The position numbers and the translations under genes were made by a program. Below are positions 38,288-50,166 of a DNA stretch of 64,000 bases, piece by piece. The number at the start of each line of letters is the position of its first letter. Position 1 is the first letter of the stretch. Source of the stretch: Centroscyllium fabricii (taxonomy: Eukaryota). Below the pieces are notes generated by a model. That model was not told the DNA's origin, made no database searches, and was given only the letters and a program-made list of their open reading frames with translations. The stretch is from NCBI GenBank assembly GCA_051313645.2, contig JBNRSN020000008.1:236964001-237028000 (forward strand). The letters are read 5' to 3'.

Positions 38288-39184
38288 CTAGAACAGGCTG
38301 ACTTGCTTGCCATGGAGGGTGCCCGCGCCGGCACTTTTTGGGACCCATTCAGGTCCAGACCTGTGGCAGCGGTCAGAGGTAGGGATGGGACCCAAGTTAG
38401 CGTAGGGGTAGCTTTAACCCCAGACCTTAAGTCCATCCAGGCACAGGACCCGGTCCTGAAAGCTGTTCTCAGCACAGGATAGTAGAGGAACCATATGGTA
38501 CAGCGACCCTCTCTGTAAAAGAGGGCATGCTGTTCAGTGGGGTGGGGGGGGGGGGGGGGCAGTGGGTTGTGCTGCAACCGCACTGGAGGGAATTCCTTCA
38601 GCTGGCCCATGAGGGTCCAGGAGCGGGACACCCCGGGCCTGAGACCACCTGGCAGTGGGTAGAACAGGCGGGATGGTGGCCGGGACTCAGGGAGGACATC
38701 CGCGAGTTCTGTGCAGGCTGTCTCATGTGTGCTGCAAATAACCCTGACCCCCGTAAAAGGAAGGTACCAATGGGACATGTCAGGAGGGTAGAGAGACCAT
38801 GGCAGTCGATCCAGGTCGACTACATTGGGCCCCTACCCACCGCCCAGGGAGGCTTTAAGTCCTGATGGACGTGTTCTCGAAATGGGTAGAAGCCTTCCCC
38901 TGCAAAACTGCCACAGCTCCGGGACTGCGAGGATCCTAGTCCAGGAGGTGCTCTCACGGTGGGGACTGCCACAATATGTGGAGTCGGACCAGGGGAGTCA
39001 CTTTACCGGGCAGGTAATGCAGACTGCCCTTATGCTGCTGGGCATTGAGGGGAAGTGGCATGCAGCTCACAACCCACAGTCATTGGGGATTGTGGAGCGC
39101 ATGAACCGTACCCTAAAGGAATGGTTGAGGAAGGAGACGGTGGACTCACCCCGTAAATGGGCCGAGATCCTACCGTTAGTGTTA
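38288..39184 (+). pseudogene. RNase H C-terminal remnant plus integrase N-terminal and core region
   Basis: EQADLLAMEGA; HHCC finger AHEGPGAGHPG...WWPGL...CLMC; PWQSIQVDYIGPLP; SDQGSHF; GIVERMNRTLK. Confidence 0.85.
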
Positions 39185-42100
39185 CATAAGAAGATAAGAA
39201 CATAAGAAATAGGAACAGGAGCAGGAGTAGGCCAATCGGCCCCTCGAGCCTGCAACGCAATTCAACAAGATCATGGCTGATCTGATCCTAACCTCAAATC
39301 TACTTTCACTCTCCATCCCGCCCGAACCCATGTGATCACCCGGGAGAGGCGAAAAACCAGACAAAAACCCATTGGCCAATTTGGGAGAAATAATCTGGGA
39401 AATTCCTCTCCGACCCATCTGGGCGATCGAAACTTGTCCAGGAGATCACATGGCCGATCTGAACCTAGCCTCATGTCCACTTACCTGCCCGCTCACCGCA
39501 ACCCCTAAATCCCTTTACTTCCAAGAAACTGTCAATCTCGGTTTTAAATTTATTCAAAGTAGTAGCTTCCACAGCTCTCTGGGGCAGCAAATTCCACAGA
39601 CCTACCACCCTCTAAGTGAAGAAGTTTCTTCTCATCTCAGTTTTGAAAGGGCAGCCCCTTATTCTCAGATTATGCCCCCTAGTTCTAGACTCACCCATCA
39701 GTGGAAACAACCTCACCGCATCCACCCTATCAAGCCCCTTCACAATCTTACATGTTTTGATAAGATCACCTCTCACTCTTCTGAACTCCAATGAGTAGAG
39801 GCCCAATCTACTCAACCTTTCCTCATCTCCGGAATCAACCGAGTGAATCTTCTCTGAGCTGCCTCGAGAGCAAGTGTATCCTTTCTCAAATATGGAAACC
39901 AAAACTGTACGCAGTATTCTAGATGTGGCCTCACCAATACCCTGTATAACTGCAGCAGGACTTCCCTGTTTTTATACTTCATCCCCCTTGCAATAAAGTC
40001 CAAGATTCTATTGGCCTTCCGGATTACCTGCTGTACCTGTATACCAACCTTCTGTGTTTCATGCACCATGACTCCTGTAACGAAATCTGTTGTCTGTATA
40101 TATTCGTTTTGCACTCATGTATATTGTCCTCCCCCACTGTGTATAGTTTCACTTCCTATTTCCTGACTAAACCTGGGAGATTCCAGGAATTGGCTTTGGC
40201 TCTGCCCCTGGCTCCGCTTACATAAAGAACCCAGTTCCTGTGTGACTCATTCCTGTGAGGCAGCCGACCCATCGAGATGTGAGCTCTAATTCTTAGTGAT
40301 TAAAAGCCTATCTGTTTAAGTCTATAACTTCTAGTTTTGCAGTTATTGAAGGCACATCAATTTTAATCACTATGAATACTAGGATGGATTGACTCCTAAA
40401 ACCAGAACATCTTAACTTGGATCCACATTCTGGTGAAGCATCAAATCAATTTGGACACTGGCTCAGATGCTTCAAACTCTTCACGGAGGCCGCATCCGCT
40501 AGCGAGACAGAGAAACTGAGTCTACTGACTACTCGCATAAGTCATCGGACTTATTCGCTCATCCGGGACGCTGCCTCTTACACGGAGGCCATTGCTAGCC
40601 TGAAGGCCCAATACCAGAGGCCGGTAAACGAAGTGTATGCCAGACATCTGCTGGCTACACGCAGGCAGCGACCAGAGGAATCAACGGATGACTTTCTACA
40701 GGTCCTAAAGGACCTGGTCCGGGACTGTAACTGCAAGGACGTGATGGCCAACGTGTACTCTGACGAATTGGTCCGCGATTCCTTCATCGCAGGCCTCAAA
40801 TCAAATTATATCCGGCAGAGACTGCTGGAGCAGGAGGCCCTGGATTTAAAAGGGGCAGTGGCCACTGCACGATCGCTGGACGTGGCCCAGAAAATCTCTG
40901 ACTCCTATTCTTCCGGCCATGCGGCCCTCACCGCCTCGTGCACGCCGAGGGGGCCGCCTTCTTGGAATCAGCCACCTTCCCCACCCAGGTCTCAGGCTAG
41001 CTCTACGTCGCCGGAGTCCCCACACAGAAATCTACCCAGGAGTCCTACTACAGCATTAACATCTCGAGGCCCGAAATGCTACTTCTGCGGCCAGGGCAAG
41101 CATCCCAGACAATGTTGCCCAGCGAAGGACGCTACATGCTTCAAATGTAAGGAAAAGGGGCATTTTAGCAAAGTCTGCAGGGGGAATCCGATTTCCAACT
41201 CCGTCACTGCCTTGTGCGTGCCGTGCGTGCCACCATTTTGGGATTGGCTAGCTTGCCTCGACTCAACGGTCGCCCAGGGCCCAACAGTGGCTTCGATCAC
41301 GGTGGATCAATCCAGGCCACACCCGTTGACAAAATCCATGATGGACATACAGGTAAACGGGAACTTAACGAAATGTTTATTTGACTGTGGGAGTACTGAG
41401 AGCTTTATCCACCCTAGCCTGGTATGTCACCACTCATTAACGGTAACCCCCACACGGACCAAAATTGCTATGGCTCCTAAGCCCCACACTTCGGACATTT
41501 CGGGCTACTGTGTGGTAACTCTGACTGTAAGAGGCACGGACTACAAGGATTTTAAACTCCTCGTGATGCCAGAACTCTGTGTTAATGTAATCTTGGGCCT
41601 GGACTTCCAGTGCCACCACGAAAGTGTCACACTAGCATATGGCGGGTCCCAGCCACCACTCACAGTCTGTGGCCTATCAACCTTAAAAATCAGCCTGCCC
41701 TCTTTATTTGCAAATCTCGCCCCAAACTGTAGGCCCATAGTGACCAAAAGTAGACAGTACAGCCTGGAAGACAGACACTTCATCAAGGCAGAAGTGGACA
41801 GACTCCTGCGGGAAGGCCTTATTGAATGCAGTACCAGCCCGTGGCGGGCCCAAGTAGTCATAGTTAAAAATAGCGAAAAGAAAAGGATGGTAATCGACTA
41901 CAGCCAGACTGTTAATATTTATACCCAGCTGGACGCCTACCTTTTACCCCGCATATCAGAAATGGTCAACCAGATTGCACAATACCGAGTCTTCTCGACT
42001 ATTGACCTCAAATCCGCGTATCACCAGCTCCCCATTAGAACGGAGGACTGCCCATACACTGCCTTTGAGGCGAACGGGCAGCTCTACCATTTTCTCAGAG

Positions 42101-42786
42101 TGCCCGTCGGGGTAACAAACGGGGTCTCGGTTTTCCAATGCGAGATGGCCCGCATGGTTGACAAGAATAAACTGCAAGCTACCTACCCCTATCTGGACAA
42201 TGTCACTATCTGCAGGCACAACCAGCGAGACCACGATCTAAATCTAGCGAGATTTTAAAAAACTGCCCAAAGGTAAATCTAACCTACAACGAGGACAAAT
42301 GTGTCTACAACACAACCAGTCTCTGTATCCTCAGCTGCGTGGTGGAAAGTGGGGTAATTGGGCCAGACCCTGACCGATTACGCCCCCTAAAGGAACTGCC
42401 CCTGCCACACAATCACAGAGCCTTAAAAAGGTGCCTGGGATTTTTTTCGTATTATGCTCAATGGTGCCCAATTTCTCCGACAAGGCCCGACCCCTCATTA
42501 AATCGACGTCCTTCCCACTATCAGCTGAAGCTTGGGCAGCCTTCACCAGTATTAATCAGGATATTGAAAAGGCTGCAATGTGTGCAGTGGATGAAAGCAT
42601 TCCCTTCCAAGTCGAAAGCGATGCGTCAGACTTCGCCTTAGCCGCGACCCTCAATCAGGCTGGAAGACCTGTGGCCTTCTTCTCCCGAACCCTTCAAGGA
42701 CCTGAAATCAGGCACTCTTCTGTAGGGAAGGAGGCACAGTCTATAGTGGAGGCAGTGCGGCACTTGAGACACTACCTCGCCTGGTA

Positions 42787-43183
42787 GTAGGAAGACATGG
42801 TAGCGCAGTGGTTAGCACTGCTGCCTCGCAATAAGGAGCTCCTGGGTTCGAATCCTGCTTGGCCCAGGACCTCTCTGCGTGGAGTTTACATGTTCTCCCC
42901 GTGTTCATGTGGGTTTCCTCCGGGTACTCCGGTTTCCTCCCACCACCCAAAGACGTGCAGGTTAGGTGAATTGGAGATACTAAAAAAATTGCCCATGAGT
43001 ATGTGTGTGAGATATAGTTCTTAGAGTTGGGGGTGTCAGGGGGGATATAGTTCTTAGAGTGGGGGGTGTCAGGAGGATATGGGGGGTGCTGGGTTGGGAT
43101 GATCAGCTATGATCTCATCAAAATGGCGGAGCAGGCTCAAAGGGCCGAATGGCCTACTTCTGCTCCTACCTTCTGTGTTTCTG
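42787..43183 (+). mobile_element. tRNA-derived V-SINE variant inserted in Gypsy A RNase H
   Basis: GCGCAGTGGTTAGCACTG...GGTTCGAATCC head, CR1 tail, TSD TGGTA. Confidence 0.85.
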
Positions 43184-43314
43184 TGGTAAACGTTTCACCC
43201 TGCTCACCGACCAGCGGTCGGTGGCTTTCATGTTTAATAACAAACAAAGGGGGAAAATCAAGAACGACAAAATACTCAGGTGGAGAATCGAACTATCCAC
43301 GTTCGACTATGATA

Positions 43315-43875
43315 CAGGTTGAGCACCAGTAATCCAGCACGAGCGGGACCAGGCCCGTGCCGGGAAAGTGAAAAAAACGGCAGAATGAATTCGGTCAGTG
43401 CGCATGCGCGCACCATTCAAAATGGCCGCACGCATGCGCACAACTTTGGAAATGGCCGCCGAACGTCCGTGCTGAGTATCAGCTGCGGTTTGTGCCTCCT
43501 GATGACGGCCTGCAGGCTGCTTCGGGAAACCGCACGCTTCACCATGGCGGGCGCTCGGGACTCGCACATTCAAAACGCGGCGCGAGCCGTCGCGCCCTGA
43601 CGCCACAAAAGGCCCGGCTCGTCCGGCGGCCGTTTTTAATGATCTGCGCATGCGCTCGCCGTCCGGCGGCGCATGCGCAGATCATTCAAAACATCCGGCA
43701 GCCATTCTGAATGATCTGCGCATGCGCTCGCCGTTCGATGGCGCATGCGCAGATCAGTCGCCGAAGCCTCGATCGCGGCTGCCATTTTGCGCATGCGCAG
43801 GGCAGTCGGGGCAATTTATACTGGACCACTGAAGTTGTCGGCATTTCGGGGAACGGATTACTGGTGCTCAACCTG
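43315..43875. mobile_element. MITE family 1 inserted in Gypsy A
   Basis: TA|CAGGTTGAGCACCAGTAATCC ... GGATTACTGGTGCTCAACCTG|TA; removal restores FDYDIMYRPG. Confidence 0.92.
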
Positions 43876-46184
43876 TATTATGTACAGGCCGGGAGCCCTT
43901 AATGAACCCCCAGACACCCTATTGCGGGGAATGTGTGCCAGCATTCACACGGACAAATTACAGGGACTCCACGATGACCTCTGTCACCCAGGGGTCACCC
44001 GATTATTCCATTTTATAAAGTCCCGCAATCTGCCCCACTCCATCGAGGATGTCAGAGCAATGACCAGAGCCTGTCGCATCTGTGCAGAATGCAAGCCTTG
44101 TTTCTACAGGCCTGACCATGCACACCTTATCAAAGCCACATGGCCATTCGAGTGCCTAAGTTTGGACTTCAAGGGGCCCCTTCCCTCTGCTGACCGTAAC
44201 GTATACTTCCTCAATATCATTGATGAATATTCTCGCTTCCCCTTCGCCATTCCATGCCCAGACATGACCAGTGCCATGGTCATCACGTGTCTCGGTAATC
44301 TATTCTGCATGTTTGGTATGCCGAACTACATACACAGCAATAGGGGGACGTCCTTCATGAGTGACAAGCTGCACCAGTTCTTGCTCTCGAAAGGAATAGC
44401 CACTAGCAGAACCAGTAGCTGCAATCCTCGGGGGAATGGGCAAATGGAAAGAGAGAATGCAACTGTCTGGAAGGCTGTCACGTTAGCCTTAAAGTCAAAA
44501 GGTCTTTCGACCTCCTGCTGGCAGGAAGTCCTCCCAGACGTGCTCCACTCCATAAGGTTGCTGTTATGTACTGCCACCAACGCTACCCCCCACGAAAAGA
44601 TTTTTGTTTTCCCCAGGAAATCCACCTCGGCATATCTCTGCCCGTGTGGCTGATGTCTCCGGGGACAGTACTATTGCGGAAGCACGTGAGAGGCCATAAA
44701 ATGAACCCCTTGTGGAAAAGGTACAGCTCCTCCATGCAAACCCTCAGTACGCCTACATTGAGTACTCTGATGGGCGAGAGGACACTGTTTCCATAAAGGA
44801 CCTCGCTCCCTCGGGGAGCGGAGAGAACGATGGGAGACTACCCGATGAAGGCCAACATTACAAAGAGACAAGTCTACCCGACGAAGGCCTACATTACAAA
44901 GAGACAGGATACCTGGAGGTGTCAATACCCAACTTTAACCTGGGGGGCATTGTAGATGACCTGGAAGACACTGCGGAGGCCCGGACAGCGGAGGAACCAG
45001 AATCCACTCACCTAGAGCCACCCCAACCGGCTTTGTGCCGATCACTGAGAACTGCAAAACCTCCTGACAGACTCACTTATAACAACTTTTACTAAACACC
45101 AACCCGATGGACTAAATCTATAGAAGGGGTGAATGTAATGAAATCTGTTGTCTGTATATATTTGTTTTGCACTCATGTATATTGTCCTCCCCCACTGTGT
45201 ATAGTTTCACTTCCTATTTCCTGACTAAACCTGGGAGATTCCAGGAATTGGCTTTGGCTCCGCCCCTGGCTCCGCTTACATAAACAACCCAGTTTCTGTA
45301 TGACTCATTCCTGTGAGGCAGCCGGCCCATCGAGATGTGAGCTCTAATTCTTAGTGATTAAAAGCCTATCTGTTTAAGTCTATAACTTCTAGCTTTGTAG
45401 TTATTGAAGGCACATCAACCCCCAGATCACTTTGCACTTTAGAACTTTGAAGTTTCTCTCCATTCAGATAATAATCTGCTCCCTGATTTTTTTTGCCAAA
45501 GTGCATAACCTCACACTTTCCAACATTATATTCCATCTGCCAAATCTTTGCCCACTCACCGAACCTGTCTCTGTCCCTTTGCAGGTTTTTTATGTCCTCC
45601 TCACTCACTGCTTTCCCTCCCATCTTAGTATTGTCGGCAAACTTGGATACGTTGCACTCGGTCCCTTCTTCCAAATCGTTATTATAGATTGTAAAGAGTT
45701 GGGGTCCCAGCACTGCCCCCTGCGGAACACCACTAGTCACTGATTGCCAATCCGAGAATGAACCATTTATCCCAACACTCTGTTTTCTGTTAGATAGCCA
45801 ATCTTCCACCCATGCCAGTATATTACCCCCAATCCTGTGATTTGTTATCTTGTGCAGCAATCTTTTGTGTGGCACCTTGTCAAATGCCTTTTGGAAGTCC
45901 AAATACACCACATCCACTGGTTTCCCTTTATCCACCCTGTTTGTTACGTCCTCAAAGAATTCAAGCAAATTTGTCAAACATGACTTCCCCTTCGTAAAAC
46001 CATGCTGACTCTGTCCGATTAAATTATGCTTATCCAAATGTCCTGTTACTGCTTCCTTAATAATGGACTCCAACATTTTACCAACCACAGATGTTAGGCT
46101 AGCCGGTCTATAGTTTCCAGCCTTTTGTCTGTCTCCCTTTTTAAATAAGGGCGTTACTTTAGCAGTTTTCCAATCCGCTGGGGA

Positions 46185-47293
46185 TTGTTAATGGGGATCC
46201 GGGCCAGCCAGTCCAAGAGTACGGGGTATTCCCCGTATGAGTTAATGACTGGTAGGGTTATGCGGACCCCCACCCATGTGCTAGCGCTGCTGCTTACGGA
46301 GGGGCAACTCTGGGAGGTCAACCGGGACAGGTTCGCCCGAAACCTTTATGAGCACCTAAAGCAGGTCTATGGGTAGGCAGCTGGGAACATGGGGAGGCAG
46401 CATCGGAGAAACCGATTGCTGCTGGAGCCAAAAGGGCACCAAGAATGGGAGGTGGGAGACCAGGTCATGGTTAGAAACTATGCCCGAGTAGGGAGTTTGG
46501 AACCCTTGTACATGGGGCCCTACAGCATTGTAGATAAGGCCAGCCCCATGGTGTCCGCCGTGAAAATGACCCAGCGTACAAAGTGGTTCTATGTCAACCA
46601 GTGCAAGCTGTTCAAGCCAGGCAAGGCTAAACAGCTCACTGGTCAGGGGAGTGAGGGTAGAGATCCTCAGCCCGACGCTACGGTTCCTGTGATGTGCTTG
46701 AAGGGAGGGGCCACCCCACTGGTAAAGTGGGACACTCCTCCAACTTGGTGGGAGCTAGATAGTGGGGAGGAATCAGAGAGCATATTTCCGCCCTTGGCTC
46801 TGTCACAGTGGAGGGGCAAACCGAGGGCAGTAGCTCCACCCTCAGCTCAGATGCAGAAGGGGAGGGACCCGAGGATAGGAACCCTGCCCCTAGCTCTAGT
46901 GAGGAGAAGGAGGGACCTGAGGTCAAAGAGCCCGCCCCGGACCCTGTTGTGGGACCAGGGGGCGGAGACTCTCAGGTCACAGCCACAAGCTGCAGCGGGT
47001 CACGTGTCACAAACCTGAAGGTAGGGGGAGCAGGACTGAAGGGAGCAGCGGCCCAGGTTAAGAGGTCGCTGGCCAAGAAAGCCCAACCCGTCCTCAGGAG
47101 ATCCTCTCACACGCCCAAGCCCAAGAAGGTATGGTCACCCGTCAGGTATGTGACCAGGACAGTTCCCCGCATAAGGGGAATGGTAAAAGGCAGAGGCCCC
47201 CAGCCAGCAGCCACGGGCAGCGAAGTGGCCACAGGCAAGGACAGTGTGGCCGCGCCAGAGGCAGTGGCGAGCCGCAGTCCAACCAGGGATTAG
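46185..47293 (+). pseudogene. Integrase C-terminus (GPY/F motif) with a long low-complexity extension
   Basis: STGYSPYELMTGR; VGDQVMVR...LEPLYMGPYSIV; Ser/Glu/Pro-rich extension ending in an LRRS-type basic motif. Confidence 0.8.
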
Positions 47294-47522
47294 CCTGGCC
47301 ACTCGGAGACAGGCGGCGAATTGTATATAGTTTAGGTTTTTAAGTTTAGTGTTAAGGTTTGTGTTAAAGTTAAGTAAGGTAGTTTAAGTTAAGAAATAAG
47401 TTGTTCCAAGGGACAAGTTTTGGGTTCGAGGTCGAGGGACCCAACCACACTTCACCCAAGCCAGAGAATCTCTGGGAGACCTGGCTGCATGCATGTTCTT
47501 CTTTGGTCTGTTACAGGAAGGA

Positions 47523-49817
47523 ATGGGGATGAGAAGATTCGTGATCCTGCTCACCCTAGTCGGGATCAGCGCCGGGAAGCGGGGTGATGTGGAGGATTCA
47601 CATGTTTTCGGGTGCTCGGGAGAGAGAGCTCCCGTGGTGATTGGCGGAAGCAAGGAGCGAGGCCCAGAGGGACCTGCCATCTACGCCCACGAGGGGAGAT
47701 GGCCTGGGTGGGTGGGATCGAACTCCACCCGGTACTCCAGTCAGCCCGGATTCACTTACGGGGAGGCTTCCCTCCTCTGCCCCACAGTAAAGGTTGTGGC
47801 TTCACGCATCGGAGTCGTAGTGGGAAAGCATGTGTGCCCACTAACAGATGGTGGTGGATTCGGAAACTGAGGGCGGACATCCAACATCAACATGAGTAGA
47901 GATGGATAACGACACCCACAGGACGGTCACGACGACCATGAACAGTACTAGTGTGTGTTGGGACAAATGGTGGGAATCCGAGCAAGGGATTTATGTATGT
48001 ATGTGGGGGTCAAAGAAGGTCTGCCCTACAGGTTTTTCCGTTGTTTTCTCTGCCGCCTGGCAGGACCAGGGAAAAGGGATTAATTGGGACGCCCACCTCC
48101 ACACATGTGTAGAACTCGACAAAGTAGCCCCAGTTAGAGCAACTGAACTTGTGGCGCATACCCACAAGCCCCTGCCTACGACTCAGCCCACTGGGAGGCC
48201 CCGGGAATGGTGCCCCGCCACCACCAGGGGACCTGGGCATGGATTGGTACTAGTACCCACGGATCAGGTACTGTACCAGGGTGTACACTACGCGGTGGCC
48301 TCGGTGATCCTGAATTTAACCGAGGTGCATTTGCCAAAGTGGTGCCCCAGGGAGTCAGAGCAGTTATACCAGGCCCTCTTAAAGGACATGTTTAGGCACT
48401 TTTACAAGTTCAATTTATCCAGCGGGAATCGGACTGCACTTTACACCACACCACGCGAAGTTTTGGGTGGGACAGGGAGACAAAGAAGGGGCATTTTGGG
48501 TGGTGCATTCACCGCGTTTAATACTGGGACCTCTGTCGTCAACACGCTGGATGATATAGAGCTGCAGACCCTGATTAACAGTTTAAAAATGCAGTTAAAG
48601 GCGATTCTCATGGATGAGAACAAAGTAGTAAGTTCGGAGTTGCATGTGGACCAGGCAATGACGGTCCATTTAGAAGAGATAATAGCGCAGTTGGAGAAGC
48701 ATGCCAAAACGGTAAATGCTCTCATATGGGAGGACAGAAACGCGCCTGACCAGGCGGTGCAGAATGAGGCGTGTGTACTGTACGGGGCATGGTTACTGGG
48801 CAAGGGCTGCAGTAATCCGGAGGACCTGAAACAGGGTTTGGTCCGCTCCTGGATCAGTAACAAACACCTCGCCGCCCTCCTCCCATATGAGAACGCATTG
48901 AGCCCGTGCCAGCTCCAACTAGCCTCCGAAGCTTATCCAGTTCCCGTGGACTGTGGTCGGTCAAACCACGCAGTCAAGGGGGTGGTTGTTCGGATGCGGG
49001 TTATGGGAAGGGCAGCCCGATCCGCACTGGTGTACAGGATGGAGAACATTAGAGTGATCCAAGGGGGTGCGCACATTCGTTTCGCAGCGGTCCCACCTTA
49101 CGTCATCAAGTGGGAGCACGAAATGACAGGCACGGACCTTGCAGGGTGCCGGAGCTGGGGAGCACACATAATCCTGTGTCCCCAGCACTTGAATGCCTTT
49201 TTAAGACCGCAGTGTGGGTTCAGAGCTGCTGGAGCAAAGCCTATAAATTGCACCATGGAGGCGATGGCACACAGCCACTTTCCGCCTCAGGTGGCATATA
49301 TAGGTTATGGGACCTACTGTGTCACCACCTGGTGTGCGGTGAGTCACAGCAGCTTCTGTTTTAAACCCGAGTCTGAAGTTCAAGTGGCCAGGAGTGAATT
49401 GTCCCCATCCCGGAGCCCTCCACTGTCCACCTCACTGTTCAAGAGAATGTAACCAGTTTGTTGCAGTTTGTAGCCCATTTCAGCTACAAGATTCCCCCTC
49501 TCCCTGAACACCTCACAAAACTCCTCAAAGCCGTTGTTGTTTTGCAGAAACACTTCTATACCTTGGAACAAAAGACGATAGAAATAGGGTCTAAAATCTT
49601 AGACATAGTAGTTCCACCATGGTGGGACCTCTTCGATAGCATTGAAGTCCCATCATGGATCCGGCTGGCTTCCCACATCCTGGTGGTATGCCAGCTCAGC
49701 ATCGTGCTGTACTTAGTCTGTGTACAGTGTAGGGGGAAGGGTCGGTTCTCAGAGTTCCGAAACTACACAACCTGGCAGGGGCACTATGAGGAAGCAGAAG
49801 GATATACACCCGTGTAA
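47523..49817 (+). pseudogene. env: env-like class I fusion glycoprotein, frameshifted
   Basis: Splice acceptor TTCTTCTTTGGTCTGTTACAG (ends 47516); signal peptide MRRFVILLTLVGISA; furin site RQRR (48478-48489) then fusion peptide GILGGAFTAFNTG; heptad repeat; Cys-rich domain; TM LASHILVVCQLSIVLYLVCV. Confidence 0.85.
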
Positions 49818-50166
49818 ACCCTCCCCGTTTTGGAATGTTTTTTGTAATATAGTTTTGCTTATGTGTTTGTTGTTTTTAATAAAGAATTTGTGCACGGTTT
49901 TAATAAAGATTTTATATGTACCAAGTGGTGCAGGGGTGTTGGACCCCCTCCATGCTTGGATGTATGTGTATTGAATTTCTTTTAAGTATCCTTGTGTGCA
50001 CTATGCTCTCGCGGATTGGGAAGTACGTGTTTCGCAGCATATTTTTAGGATAGATTAATCACAGGGGATGGTTGACTGGGAGGGGCCAAAAATTATTGCT
50101 CACCAGAAACAACAATAATGATACTTAATTATCATCTGAAAAATTATTAATTATCACAGGGGGGAC

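Larger units (their letters stand above)
40384..45095 (+). pseudogene. Gypsy A gag-pol, disrupted by stops, frameshifts and two insertions
   Basis: ORFs 40417-42258, 42339-42787, ~43190-43314, 43880-44653 and 44712-45095 are collinear with Gypsy B. Confidence 0.9.
40076..45417 (+). mobile_element. Gypsy LTR retrotransposon A (gag-PR-RT-RH-IN), decayed
   Basis: 284-bp LTRs 40076-40359 and 45134-45417, TSD ACTCC/ACCCC, PPT AGAAGGGGTGAA; two CCHC-type knuckles, DCGS protease, YLDN RT, SDAS RNase H, HHCC/DDE-type integrase. Confidence 0.95.
39185..46184 (-). mobile_element. CR1 LINE inserted in the integrase, itself split by Gypsy A
   Basis: Tail at 39185, RT ORFs 39612-40114 and 45366-46088; TGTTA duplicated (39180-39184 and 46185-46189); removal restores ILPLVLMGIRASQ. 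Confidence 0.9.
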
